In this document: positions 23,359 to 38,300 of the stretch, in pieces
Numbering within the stretch: the first letter of the stretch is position 1
How the letters are laid out: every line of letters begins with the position of its first letter
Assembly: GCA_964016885.1 (NCBI GenBank)
Contig: OZ024741.1
Location: 195,920,001-195,984,000 of the forward strand
DNA: 64,000 bases
Origin: Eledone cirrhosa
Lineage: Eukaryota
Direction of reading: 5' to 3'
Notes under the pieces: generated by a model
Databases searched by the model: none
What the model was told of the DNA's origin: nothing
What the model saw: the letters and a program-made list of their open reading frames with translations, nothing else
Position numbers and translations under genes: made by a program

Positions 23359-26300
23359 CATATTATTCTAAGTATCAGTAGTTACAGGAACTGTAGTGTG
23401 GCACCATATTATTCTAAGTATCAGTAGTGACAGGAACTGTAGTGTGGCACCATATTATTCTAAGTATCAGTAGTGACAGGAACTGTAGTGTGGCACCATA
23501 TTATTCTAAGTATCAGTAGTGACAGGAACTGTAGTGTGGCACCATATTATGCTAAGTATCAGTAGTGACAGGAACTGTAGTGTGGCACCATATTATTCTA
23601 AGTATCAGTAGTGACAGGAACTGTAGTGTGGCACCATATTATTCTAAGTATCAGTAGTGACAGGAACTGTAGTGTGGTACCATATTATTCTAAGTATCAG
23701 TAGTGACAGGAACTGTAGTGTGGCACCATATTATGCTAAGTATCAGTAGTGACAGGAACTGTAGTGTGGCACCATATTATTCTAAGTATCAGTAGTGACA
23801 GGAACTGTAGTGTGGCACCATATTATTCTAAGTATCAGTAGTGACAGGAACTGTAGTGTGGCACCATATTATTCTAAGTATCAGTAGTGACAGGAACTGT
23901 AGTGTGGCACCATATTATGCTAAGTATCAGTAGTGACAGGAACTGTAGTGTGGCACCATATTATTCTAAGTATCAGTAGTGACAGGAACTGTAGTGTGGC
24001 ACCATATTATGCTAAGTATCAGTAGTGGCAGGAACTGTAGTGTGGCACCATATTATGCTAAGTATCAGTAGTGACAGGAACTGTAGTGTGGCACCATATT
24101 ATTCTAAGTATCAGTAGTGACATGAACTGTAGTGTGGTACCATATTATTCTAAGTATCAGTAGTGACAGGAACTGCAGTGTGGCACCATATTATTCTAAG
24201 TATCAGTAGTGACAGGAACTGTAGTGTGGCACCATATTATTCTAAGTATCAGTAGTGGCAGGAACTGTAGTGTGGCACCATATTATGCTAAGTATCAGTA
24301 GTGACAGGAACTGTAGTATGGCACAATATTATGCTAAGTATCAGTAGTGACAGGAACTGTAGTGTGGCACCATATTATTCTAAGTATCAGTAGTTACAGG
24401 AACTGTAGTGTGGCACCATATTATTCTAAGTATCAGTAGTGACAGGAACTGTAGTGTGGTACCATATTATGCTAAGTATCAGTAGTGACAGGAACTGTAG
24501 TGTGGCACCATATTATTCTAAGTATCAGTAGTGACAGGAACTGTAGTGTGGCACCATATTATTCTAAGTATCAGTAGTGACAGGAACTGTAGTGTGGCAC
24601 CATATTATGCTAAGTATCAGTAGTGGCAGGAACTGTAGTGTGACACCATATTATGCTAAGTATCAGCAGTGGCAGGAACTGTAGTGTGGCACCATATTAT
24701 TCTAAGTATCAGTAGTGACAGGAACTGTAGTGTGGCACCATATTATTCTAAGTATCAGTAGTGACAGGAACTGTAGTGTGGCACCATATTATTCTAAGTA
24801 TCAGTAGTGACAGGAACTGTAGTGTGGCACCATATTATTCTAAGTATCAGTAGTGACAGGAACTGTAGTGTGGCACCATATTATTCTAAGTATCAGTAGT
24901 GACAGGAACTGTAGTGTGGCACCATATTATGCTAAGTATCAGTAGTGACAGGAACTGTAGTGTGGCACCATATTATGCTAAGTATCAGTAGTGACAGGAA
25001 CTGTAATGTGGCACCATATTATGCTAAGTATCAGTAGTGACAGGAACTGTAGTGTGGCACCATATTATGCTAAGTATCAGTAGTGACAGGAACTGTAGTG
25101 TGACACCATATTATTCTAAGTATCAGTAGTGGCAGGAACTGTAGTGTGGCACCATATTATGCTAAGTATCAGTAGTGACAGGAACTGTAGTGTGGCACCA
25201 TATTATTCTAAGTATCAGCAGTGACAGGAACTGTAGTGTGACACCATATTATGCTAAGCATCAGTAGTGGCAGGAACTGTAGTGTGGCACCATTTTATGC
25301 TAAGTATCAGTAGTGACAGGAACTGTAGTGTGGCACCATATTATGCTAAGTATCAGTAGTGACAGGAACTGTAGTGTGGCACCATATTATGCTAAGTATC
25401 AGTAGTGACAGGAACTGTAGTGTGGCACCATATTATTCTAAGTATCAGTAGTGGCAGGAACTGTAGTGTGGCACCATATTATTCTAAGTATCAGTAGTGA
25501 CAGGAACTGTAGTGTGGCACCATATTATTCTAAGTATCAGTAGTGGCAGGAACTGTAGTGTGGCACCATATTATTCTAAGTATCAGTAGTGACAGGAACT
25601 GTAGTGTGGCACCATATTATGCTAAGTATCAGTAGTGGCAGGAACTGTAGTGTGGCACCATATTATTCTAAGTATCAGTAGTGGCAGGAACTGTAGTGTG
25701 GCACCATATTATGCTAAGTATCAGTAGTGGCAGGAACTGTAGTGTGGCACCATATTATTCTAAGTATCAGTAGTGACAGGAACTGTAGTGTGGCACCATA
25801 TTATGCTAAGTATCAGTAGTGACAGGAACTGTAGTGTGACACCATATTATTCTAAGTATCAGTAGTTACAGGAACTGTAGTGTGGCACCATATTATTCTA
25901 AGTATCAGTAGTTACAGGAACTGTAGTGTGGCACCATATTATTCTAAGTATCAGCAGTGACAGGAACTGTAGTGTGGCACCATATTATTCTAAGTATCAG
26001 TAGTGACAGGAACTGTAGTGTGGCACCATATTATTCTAAGTATCAGTAGTGACAGGAACTGTAGTGTGGCACCATATTATGCTAAGTATCAGTAGTGACA
26101 GGAACTGTAGTGTGGTACCATATTATGCTAAGTATCAGTAGTGACAGGAACTGTAGTGTGGCACCATATTATTCTAAGTATCAGTAGTGACAGGAACTGT
26201 AGTGTGGCACCATATTATGCTAAGTATCAGTAGTGACAGGAACTGTAGTGTGACACCATATTATTCTAAGTATCAGTAGTGACAGGAACTGTAGTGTGGT

Positions 26301-29300
26301 ACCATATTATGTTAAGTATCAGTAGTGACAGGAACTGTAGTGTGGCACCATATTATGCTAAGTATCAGTAGTGACAGGAACTGTAGTGTGACACCATATT
26401 ATTCTAAGTATCAATAGTGACAGGAGCTGTAGTGTGGCACCATATTATGCTAAGTATCAGTAGTTACAGGAACTGTAGTGTGGCACCATATTATTCTAAG
26501 TATCAGTAGTGACAGGAACTGTAGTGTGACACCATATTATTCTAAATATCAATAGTGACAGGAGCTGTAGTGTGGCACCATATTATGCTAAGTATCAGTA
26601 GTGACAGGAACTGTAGTGTGGTACCATATTATTCTAAGTATCAGTAGTGACAGGAACTGCAGTGTGGCACCATATTATTCTAAGTATCAGTAGTGACAGG
26701 AACTGTAGTGTGGCACCATATTATTCTAAGTATCAGTAGTGACAGGAACTGTAGTGTGGCACCATATTATGCTAAGTATCAGTAGTGACAGGAACTGTAG
26801 TGTGGCACCATATTATGCTAAGTATCAGTAGTGACAGGAACTGCAGTGTGGCACCATATTATTCTAAGTATCAGTAGTGACAGGAACTGTAGTGTGGCAC
26901 CATATTATTCTAAGTATCAGTAGTGGCAGGAACTGTAGTGTGGCACCATATTATGCTAAGTATCAGTAGTGACAGGAACTGTAGTATGGCACAATATTAT
27001 GCTAAGTATCAGTAGTGACAGGAACTGTAGTGTGGCACCATATTATTCTAAGTATCAGTAGTTACAGGAACTGTAGTGTGGCACCATATTATTCTAAGTA
27101 TCAGTAGTGACAGGAACTGTAGTGTGGCACCATATTATTCTAAGTATCAGTAGTGGCAGGAACTGTAGTGTGGCACCATATTATGCTAAGTATCAGTAGT
27201 GACAGGAACTGTAGTATGGCACAATATTATGCTAAGTATCAGTAGTGACAGGAACTGTAGTGTGGCACCATATTATTCTAAGTATCAGTAGTGACAGGAA
27301 CTGTAGTGTGGCACCATATTATTCTAAGTATCAGTAGTGACAGGAACTGTAGTGTGGTACCATATTATGCTAAGTATCAGTAGTGGCAGGAACTGTAGTG
27401 TGGCACCATATTATGCTAAGTATCAGTAGTGGCAGGAACTGTAGTGTGACACCATATTATGCTAAGTATCAGCAGTGGCAGGAACTGTAGTGTGGCACCA
27501 TATTATTCTAAGTATCAGTAGTGACAGGAACTGTAGTGTGGCACCATATTATTCTAAGTATCAGTAGTGACAGGAACTGTAGTGTGGCACCATATTATTC
27601 TAAGTATCAGTAGTGACAGGAACTGTAGTGTGGCACCATATTATTCTAAGTATCAGTAGTGACAGGAACTGTAGTGTGGCACCATATTATTCTAAGTATC
27701 AGTAGTGACAGGAACTGTAGTGTGGCACCATATTATGCTAAGTATCAGTAGTGACAGGAACTGTAGTGTGGCACCATATTATGCTAAGTATCAGTAGTGA
27801 CAGGAACTGTAATGTGGCACCATATTATGCTAAGTATCAGTAGTGACAGGAACTGTAGTGTGGCACCATATTATGCTAAGTATCAGTAGTGACAGGAACT
27901 GTAGTGTGACACCATATTATTCTAAGTATCAGTAGTGGCAGGAACTGTAGTGTGGCACCATATTATGCTAAGTATCAGTAGTGACAGGAACTGTAGTGTG
28001 GCACCATATTATTCTAAGTATCAGCAGTGACAGGAACTGTAGTGTGACACCATATTATGCTAAGCATCAGTAGTGGCAGGAACTGTAGTGTGGCACCATT
28101 TTATGCTAAGTATCAGTAGTGACAGGAACTGTAGTGTGGCACCATATTATGCTAAGTATCAGTAGTGACAGGAACTGTAGTGTGGCACCATATTATGCTA
28201 AGTATCAGTAGTGACAGGAACTGTAGTGTGGCACCATATTATTCTAAGTATCAGTAGTGGCAGGAACTGTAGTGTGGCACCATATTATTCTAAGTATCAG
28301 TAGTGACAGGAACCGTAGTGTGGCACCATATTATTCTAAGTATCAGTAGTGGCAGGAACTGTAGTGTGGCACCATATTATTCTAAGTATCAGTAGTGACA
28401 GGAACTGTAGTGTGGCACCATATTATGCTAAGTATCAGTAGTGGCAGGAACTGTAGTGTGGCACCATATTATTCTAAGTATCAGTAGTGGCAGGAACTGT
28501 AGTGTGGCACCATATTATGCTAAGTATCAGTAGTGGCAGGAACTGTAGTGTGGCACCATATTATTCTAAGTATCAGTAGTGACAGGAACTGTAGTGTGGC
28601 ACCATATTATGCTAAGTATCAGTAGTGACAGGAACTGTAGTGTGACACCATATTATTCTAAGTATCAGTAGTTACAGGAACTGTAGTGTGGCACCATATT
28701 ATTCTAAGTATCAGTAGTTACAGGAACTGTAGTGTGGCACCATATTATTCTAAGTATCAGCAGTGACAGGAACTGTAGTGTGGCACCATATTATTCTAAG
28801 TATCAGTAGTGACAGGAACTGTAGTGTGGCACCATATTATTCTAAGTATCAGTAGTGACAGGAACTGTAGTGTGGCACCATATTATGCTAAGTATCAGTA
28901 GTGACAGGAACTGTAGTGTGGTACCATATTATGCTAAGTATCAGTAGTGACAGGAACTGTAGTGTGGCACCATATTATTCTAAGTATCAGTAGTGACAGG
29001 AACTGTAGTGTGGCACCATATTATGCTAAGTATCAGTAGTGACAGGAACTGTAGTGTGACACCATATTATTCTAAGTATCAGTAGTGACAGGAACTGTAG
29101 TGTGGCACCATATTATTCTAAGTATCAATAGTGACAGGAGCTGTAGTGTGGCACCATATTATGCTAAGTATCAGTAGTGGCAGGAACTGTAGTGTGGCAC
29201 CATATTATGCTAAGTATCAGCAGTGGCAGGAACTGTAGTGTGGCACCATATTATGCTAAGTATCAGTAGTGACAGGAACTGTAGTGTGGCACCATATTAT

Positions 29301-32300
29301 GCTAAGTATCAGTAGTGACAGGAACTGTAGTGTGGCACCATATTATTCTAAGTATCAGTAGTGACAGGAGCTGTAGTGTGGCACCATATTATGCTAAGTA
29401 TCAGTAGTTACAGGAACTGTAGTGTGGCACCATATTATTCTAAGTATCAGTAGTGACAGGAACTGTAGTGTGGCACCATATTATTCTAAGTATCAGTAGT
29501 GACAGGAGCTGTAGTGTGGCACCATATTATGCTAAGTATCAGTAGTTACAGGAACTGTAGTGTGGCACCATATTATTCTAAGTATCAGTAGTGACAGGAG
29601 CTGTAGTGTGGCACCATATTATGCTAAGTATCAGTAGTTACAGGAACTGTAGTGTGGCACCATATTATTCTAAGTATCAGTAGTGACAGGAACTGTAGTG
29701 TGGCACCATATTATTCTAAGTATCAGCAGTGACAGGAACTGTAGTGTGGCACCATATTATTCTAAGTATCAGTAGTGACAGGAACTGTAGTGTGGCACCA
29801 TATTATTCTAAGTATCAGTAGTGGCAGGAACTGTAGTGTGACACCATATTATTCTAAGTATCAGTAGTGACAGGAACTGTAGTGTGGCACCATATTATGC
29901 TAAGTATCAGTAATGACAGGAACTGTAGTGTGACACCATATTATGCTAATTATCAGCAGTGGCAGGAACTGTAGTGTGGCACCATATTATGCTAAGTATC
30001 AGTAGTGGCAGGAACTGTAGTGTGGCACCATATTATTCTAAGTATCAGTAGTGACAGGAACTGTAGTGTGGCACCATATTATGCTAAGTATCAGTAGTGA
30101 CAGGAACTGTAGTGTGACACCATATTATTCTAAGTATCAGTAGTTACAGGAACTGTAGTGTGGCACCATATTATTCTAAGTATCAGTAGTTACAGGAACT
30201 GTAGTGTGGCACCATATTATTCTAAGTATCAGCAGTGACAGGAACTGTAGTGTGGCACCATATTATTCTAAGTATCAGTAGTGACAGGAACTGTAGTGTG
30301 GCACCATATTATTCTAAGTATCAGTAGTGACAGGAACTGTAGTGTGGCACCATATTATGCTAAGTATCAGTAGTGACAGGAACTGTAGTGTGGTACCATA
30401 TTATGCTAAGTATCAGTAGTGACAGGAACTGTAGTGTGGCACCATATTATTCTAAGTATCAGTAGTGACAGGAACTGTAGTGTGGCACCATATTATGCTA
30501 AGTATCAGTAGTGACAGGAACTGTAGTGTGACACCATATTATTCTAAGTATCAGTAGTGACAGGAACTGTAGTGTGGTACCATATTATGTTAAGTATCAG
30601 TAGTGACAGGAACTGTAGTGTGGCACCATATTATGCTAAGTATCAGTAGTGACAGGAACTGTAGTGTGGCACCATATTATGCTAAGTATCAGTAGTGACA
30701 GGAACTGTAGTGTGGCACCATATTATTCTAAGTATCAGCAGTGACAGGAACTGTAGTGTGACACCATATTATTCTAAGTATCAGTAGTGACAGGAACTGT
30801 AGTGTGGAACCATATTATGCTAAGTATCAGTAGTGACAGGAACTGTAGTGTGGCACCATATTATTCTAAGTATCAGTAGTGACAGGAACTGTAGTGTGAC
30901 ACCATATTATTCTAAGTATCAATAGTGACAGGAGCTGTAGTGTGGCACCATATTATGCTAAGTATCAGTAGTTACAGGAACTGTAGTGTGGCACCATATT
31001 ATTCTAAGTATCAGTAGTGACAGGAACTGTAGTGTGACACCATATTATTCTAAATATCAATAGTGACAGGAGCTGTAGTGTGGCACCATATTATGCTAAG
31101 TATCAGTAGTGACAGGAACTGTAGTGTGGTACCATATTATTCTAAGTATCAGTAGTGACAGGAACTGCAGTGTGGCACCATATTATTCTAAGTATCAGTA
31201 GTGACAGGAACTGTAGTGTGGCACCATATTATTCTAAGTATCAGTAGTGACAGGAACTGTAGTGTGGCACCATATTATGCTAAGTATCAGTAGTGACAGG
31301 AACTGTAGTGTGGCACCATATTATGCTAAGTATCAGTAGTGACAGGAACTGCAGTGTGGCACCATATTATTCTAAGTATCAGTAGTGACAGGAACTGTAG
31401 TGTGGCACCATATTATTCTAAGTATCAGTAGTGGCAGGAACTGTAGTGTGACACCATATTATGCTAAGTATCAGTAGTGACAGGAACTGTAGTGTGGCAC
31501 CATATTATTCTAAGTATCAGTAGTGACAGGAACTGTAGTGTGACACCATATTATTCTAAGTATCAGTAGTGACAGGAACTGTAGTGTGGCACCATATTAT
31601 TCTAAGTATCAGTAGTGGCAGGAACTGTAGTGTGGCACCATATTATGCTAAGTATCAGTAGTGACAGGAACTGTAGTATGGCACAATATTATGCTAAGTA
31701 TCAGTAGTGACAGGAACTGTAGTGTGGCACCATATTATTCTAAGTATCAGTAGTTACAGGAACTGTAGTGTGGCACCATATTATTCTAAGTATCAGTAGT
31801 GACAGGAACTGTAGTGTGGTACCATATTATGCTAAGTATCAGTAGTGACAGGAACTGTAGTGTGGCACCATATTATTCTAAGTATCAGTAGTGACAGGAA
31901 CTGTAGTGTGGCACCATATTATTCTAAGTATCAGTAGTGACAGGAACTGTAGTGTGGCACCATATTATGCTAAGTATCAGTAGTGTGACACCATATTATG
32001 CTAAGTATCAGCAGTGGCAGGAACTGTAGTGTGGCACCATATTATTCTAAGTATCAGTAGTGACAGGAACTGTAGTGTGGCACCATATTATTCTAAGTAT
32101 CAGTAGTGACAGGAACTGTAGTGTGGCACCATATTATTCTAAGTATCAGTAGTGACAGGAACTGTAGTGTGGCACCATATTATTCTAAGTATCAGTAGTG
32201 ACAGGAACTGTAGTGTGGCACCATATTATTCTAAGTATCAGTAGTGACAGGAACTGTAGTGTGACACCATATTATTCTAAGTATCAATAGTGACAGGAGC

Positions 32301-35300
32301 TGTAGTGTGGCACCATATTATGCTAAGTATCAGTAGTTACAGGAACTGTAGTGTGGCACCATATTATTCTAAGTATCAGTAGTGACAGGAACTGTAGTGT
32401 GACACCATATTATTCTAAATATCAATAGTGACAGGAGCTGTAGTGTGGCACCATATTATGCTAAGTATCAGTAGTGACAGGAACTGTAGTGTGGTACCAT
32501 ATTATTCTAAGTATCAGTAGTGACAGGAACTGCAGTGTGGCACCATATTATTCTAAGTATCAGTAGTGACAGGAACTGTAGTGTGGCACCATATTATTCT
32601 AAGTATCAGTAGTGACAGGAACTGTAGTGTGGCACCATATTATGCTAAGTATCAGTAGTGACAGGAACTGTAGTGTGGCACCATATTATGCTAAGTATCA
32701 GTAGTGACAGGAACTGCAGTGTGGCACCATATTATTCTAAGTATCAGTAGTGACAGGAACTGTAGTGTGGCACCATATTATTCTAAGTATCAGTAGTGGC
32801 AGGAACTGTAGTGTGACACCATATTATGCTAAGTATCAGTAGTGACAGGAACTGTAGTGTGGCACCATATTATTCTAAGTATCAGTAGTGACAGGAACTG
32901 TAGTGTGACACCATATTATTCTAAGTATCAGTAGTGACAGGAACTGTAGTGTGGCACCATATTATTCTAAGTATCAGTAGTGGCAGGAACTGTAGTGTGG
33001 CACCATATTATGCTAAGTATCAGTAGTGACAGGAACTGTAGTATGGCACAATATTATGCTAAGTATCAGTAGTGACAGGAACTGTAGTGTGGCACCATAT
33101 TATTCTAAGTATCAGTAGTTACAGGAACTGTAGTGTGGCACCATATTATTCTAAGTATCAGTAGTGACAGGAACTGTAGTGTGGTACCATATTATGCTAA
33201 GTATCAGTAGTGACAGGAACTGTAGTGTGGCACCATATTATTCTAAGTATCAGTAGTGACAGGAACTGTAGTGTGGCACCATATTATTCTAAGTATCAGT
33301 AGTGACAGGAACTGTAGTGTGGCACCATATTATGCTAAGTATCAGTAGTGTGACACCATATTATGCTAAGTATCAGCAGTGGCAGGAACTGTAGTGTGGC
33401 ACCATATTATTCTAAGTATCAGTAGTGACAGGAACTGTAGTGTGGCACCATATTATTCTAAGTATCAGTAGTGACAGGAACTGTAGTGTGGCACCATATT
33501 ATTCTAAGTATCAGTAGTGACAGGAACTGTAGTGTGGCACCATATTATTCTAAGTATCAGTAGTGACAGGAACTGTAGTGTGGCACCATATTATTCTAAG
33601 TATCAGTAGTGACAGGAACTGTAGTGTGGCACCATATTATGCTAAGTATCAGTAGTGACAGGAACTGTAGTGTGGCACCATATTATGCTAAGTATCAGTA
33701 GTGACAGGAACTGTAATGTGGCACCATATTATGCTAAGTATCAGTAGTGACAGGAACTGTAGTGTGGCACCATATTATGCTAAGTATCAGTAGTGACAGG
33801 AACTGTAGTGTGACACCATATTATTCTAAGTATCAGTAGTGGCAGGAACTGTAGTGTGGCACCATATTATGCTAAGTATCAGTAGTGACAGGAACTGTAG
33901 TGTGGCACCATATTATTCTAAGTATCAGCAGTGACAGGAACTGTAGTGTGACACCATATTATGCTAAGCATCAGTAGTGGCAGGAACTGTAGTGTGGCAC
34001 CATTTTATGCTAAGTATCAGTAGTGACAGGAACTGTAGTGTGGCACCATATTATGCTAAGTATCAGTAGTGACAGGAACTGTAGTGTGGCACCATATTAT
34101 GCTAAGTATCAGTAGTGACAGGAACTGTAGTGTGGCACCATATTATTCTAAGTATCAGTAGTGGCAGGAACTGTAGTGTGGCACCATATTATTCTAAGTA
34201 TCAGTAGTGACAGGAACTGTAGTGTGGCACCATATTATTCTAAGTATCAGTAGTGGCAGGAACTGTAGTGTGGCACCATATTATTCTAAGTATCAGTAGT
34301 GACAGGAACTGTAGTGTGGCACCATATTATGCTAAGTATCAGTAGTGGCAGGAACTGTAGTGTGGCACCATATTATTCTAAGTATCAGTAGTGGCAGGAA
34401 CTGTAGTGTGGCACCATATTATGCTAAGTATCAGTAGTGGCAGGAACTGTAGTGTGGCACCATATTATTCTAAGTATCAGTAGTGACAGGAACTGTAGTG
34501 TGGCACCATATTATGCTAAGTATCAGTAGTGACAGGAACTGTAGTGTGACACCATATTATTCTAAGTATCAGTAGTGACAGGAACTGTAGTGTGGCACCA
34601 TATTATTCTAAGTATCAGTAGTGACAGGAACTGTAGTGTGGCACCATATTATGCTAAGTATCAGTAGTGACAGGAACTGTAGTGTGGTACCATATTATGC
34701 TAAGTATCAGTAGTGACAGGAACTGTAGTGTGGCACCATATTATTCTAAGTATCAGTAGTGACAGGAACTGTAGTGTGGCACCATATTATGCTAAGTATC
34801 AGTAGTGACAGGAACTGTAGTGTGACACCATATTATTCTAAGTATCAGTAGTGACAGGAACTGTAGTGTGGCACCATATTATTCTAAGTATCAATAGTGA
34901 CAGGAGCTGTAGTGTGGCACCATATTATGCTAAGTATCAGTAGTTACCGGAACTGTAGTGTGGCACCATATTATTCTAAGTATCAGTAGTGACAGGAACT
35001 GTAGTGTGACACCATATTATTCTAAGTATCAATAGTGACAGGAGCTGTAGTGTGGCACCATATTATGCTAAGTATCAGTAGTGACAGGAACTGTAGTGTG
35101 GCACCATATTCTAAGTATCAGTAGTGACAGGAACTGTAGTGTGACACCATATTATTCTAAGTATCAGTAGTGACAGGAACTGTAGTGTGGCACCATATTA
35201 TTCTAAGTATCAGCAGTGACAGGAACTGTAGTGTGGCACCATATTATTCTAAGTATCAGTAGTGACAGGAACTGTAGTGTGGCACCATATTATTCTAAGT

Positions 35301-38300
35301 ATCAGTAGTGGCAGGAACTGTAGTGTGACACCATATTATGCTAATTATCAGCAGTGGCAGGAACTGTAGTGTGACACCATATTATGCTAAGTATCAGTAG
35401 TGGCAGGAACTGTAGTGTGACACCATATTATGCTAAGTATCAGTAGTGGCAGGAACTGTAGTGTGGCACCATATGCTAAGTATCAGTAGTGACAGGAACT
35501 GTAGTGTGGTACCATATTATGCTAAGTATCAGTAGTGACAGGAACTGTAGTGTGGCACCATATTATGCTAAGTATCAGTAATGACAGGAACTGTAGTGTG
35601 GCACCATATTATGCTAAGTATCAGTAGTGACAGGAACTGTAGTGTGGCACCATATTATGCTAAGTATCAGTAGTGGCAGGAACTGTAGTGTGACACCATA
35701 TTATGCTAAGTATCAGTAGTGACAGGAACTGTAGTGTGACACCATATTATGCTAAGTATCAGTAGTGGCAGGAACTGTAGTGTGACACCATATTATGCTA
35801 AGTATCAGTAGTGACAGGAACTGTAGTGTGACACCATATTATTCTAAGTATCAGTAGTTACAGGAACTGTAGTGTGGCACCATATTATGCTAAGTATCAG
35901 TAGTGACAGGAACTGTAGTGTGGCACCATATTATGCTAAGTATCAGCAGTGGCAGGAACTGTAGTGTGGCACCATATTATGCTAAGTATCAGTAGTGACA
36001 GGAACTGTAGTGTGGCACCATATTCTAAGTATCAGTAGTGACAGGAACTGTAGTGTGACACCATATTATTCTAAGTATCAGTAGTGACAGGAACTGTAGT
36101 GTGGCACCATATTATTCTAAGTATCAGCAGTGACAGGAACTGTAGTGTGGCACCATATTATTCTAAGTATCAGTAGTGACAGGAACTGTAGTGTGGCACC
36201 ATATTATTCTAAGTATCAGTAGTGGCAGGAACTGTAGTGTGACACCATATTATGCTAATTATCAGCAGTGGCAGGAACTGTAGTGTGACACCATATTATG
36301 CTAAGTATCAGTAGTGGCAGGAACTGTAGTGTGACACCATATTATGCTAAGTATCAGTAGTGGCAGGAACTGTAGTGTGGCACCATATGCTAAGTATCAG
36401 TAGTGACAGGAACTGTAGTGTGGTACCATATTATGCTAAGTATCAGTAGTGACAGGAACTGTAGTGTGGCACCATATTATGCTAAGTATCAGTAATGACA
36501 GGAACTGTAGTGTGGCACCATATTATGCTAAGTATCAGTAGTGACAGGAACTGTAGTGTGGCACCATATTATGCTAAGTATCAGTAGTGGCAGGAACTGT
36601 AGTGTGACACCATATTATGCTAAGTATCAGTAGTGACAGGAACTGTAGTGTGACACCATATTATGCTAAGTATCAGTAGTGGCAGGAACTGTAGTGTGAC
36701 ACCATATTATGCTAAGTATCAGTAGTGACAGGAACTGTAGTGTGACACCATATTATTCTAAGTATCAGTAGTTACAGGAACTGTAGTGTGGCACCATATT
36801 ATGCTAAGTATCAGTAGTGACAGGAACTGTAGTGTGGCACCATATTATGCTAAGTATCAGCAGTGGCAGGAACTGTAGTGTGGCACCATATTATGCTAAG
36901 TATCAGTAGTGACAGGAACTGTAGTGTGGCACCATATTATGCTAAGTATCAGTAGTGACAGGAACTGTAGTGTGGCACCATATTATTCTAAGTATCAGTA
37001 GTGACAGGAGCTGTAGTGTGGCACCATATTATGCTAAGTATCAGTAGTTACAGGAACTGTAGTGTGGCACCATATTATTCTAAGTATCAGTAGTGACAGG
37101 AACTGTAGTGTGGCACCATATTATTCTAAGTATCAGTAGTGACAGGAGCTGTAGTGTGGCACCATATTATGCTAAGTATCAGTAGTTACAGGAACTGTAG
37201 TGTGGCACCATATTATTCTAAGTATCAGTAGTGACAGGAGCTGTAGTGTGGCACCATATTATGCTAAGTATCAGTAGTTACAGGAACTGTAGTGTGGCAC
37301 CATATTATTCTAAGTATCAGTAGTGACAGGAACTGTAGTGTGGCACCATATTATTCTAAGTATCAGCAGTGACAGGAACTGTAGTGTGGCACCATATTAT
37401 TCTAAGTATCAGTAGTGACAGGAACTGTAGTGTGGCACCATATTATTCTAAGTATCAGTAGTGGCAGGAACTGTAGTGTGACACCATATTATTCTAAGTA
37501 TCAGTAGTGACAGGAACTGTAGTGTGGCACCATATTATGCTAAGTATCAGTAATGACAGGAACTGTAGTGTGACACCATATTATGCTAATTATCAGCAGT
37601 GGCAGGAACTGTAGTGTGACACCATATTATGCTAAGTATCAGTAGTGACAGGAACTGTAGTGTGACACCATATTATTCTAAGTATCAGCAGTGGCAGGAA
37701 CTGTAGTGTGGTACCATATTATGCTAAGTATCAGTAGTGACAGGAACTGTAGTGTGGCACCATATTATGCTAAGTATCAGTAGTGGCAGGAACTGTAGTG
37801 TGGTACCATATTATGTTAAGTATCAGTAGTGGCAGGAACTGTAGTGTGGCACCATATTATGCTAAGTATCAGTAGTGACAGGAACTGTAGTGTGGTACCA
37901 TATTATGTTAAGTATCAGTAGTGGCAGGAACTGTAGTGTGGCACCATATTATGCTAAGTATCAGCAGTGACAGGAACTGTAGTGTGGCACCATATTATTC
38001 TAAGTATCAGTAGTGGCAGGAACTGTAGTGTGGCACCATATTATGCTAAGTATCAGTAGTGACAGGAACTGTAGTGTGGTACCATATTATTCTAAGTATC
38101 AGTAGTGACAGGAACTGTAGTGTGGCACCATATTATTCTAAGTATCAGTAGTGGCAGGAACTGTAGTGTGGCACCATATTATGCTAAGTATCAGCAGTGA
38201 CAGGAACTGTAGTGTGGCACCATATTATGCTAAGTATCAGTAGTGGCAGGAACTGTAGTGTGGCACCATATTATGCTAAGTATCAGCAGTGGCAGGAACT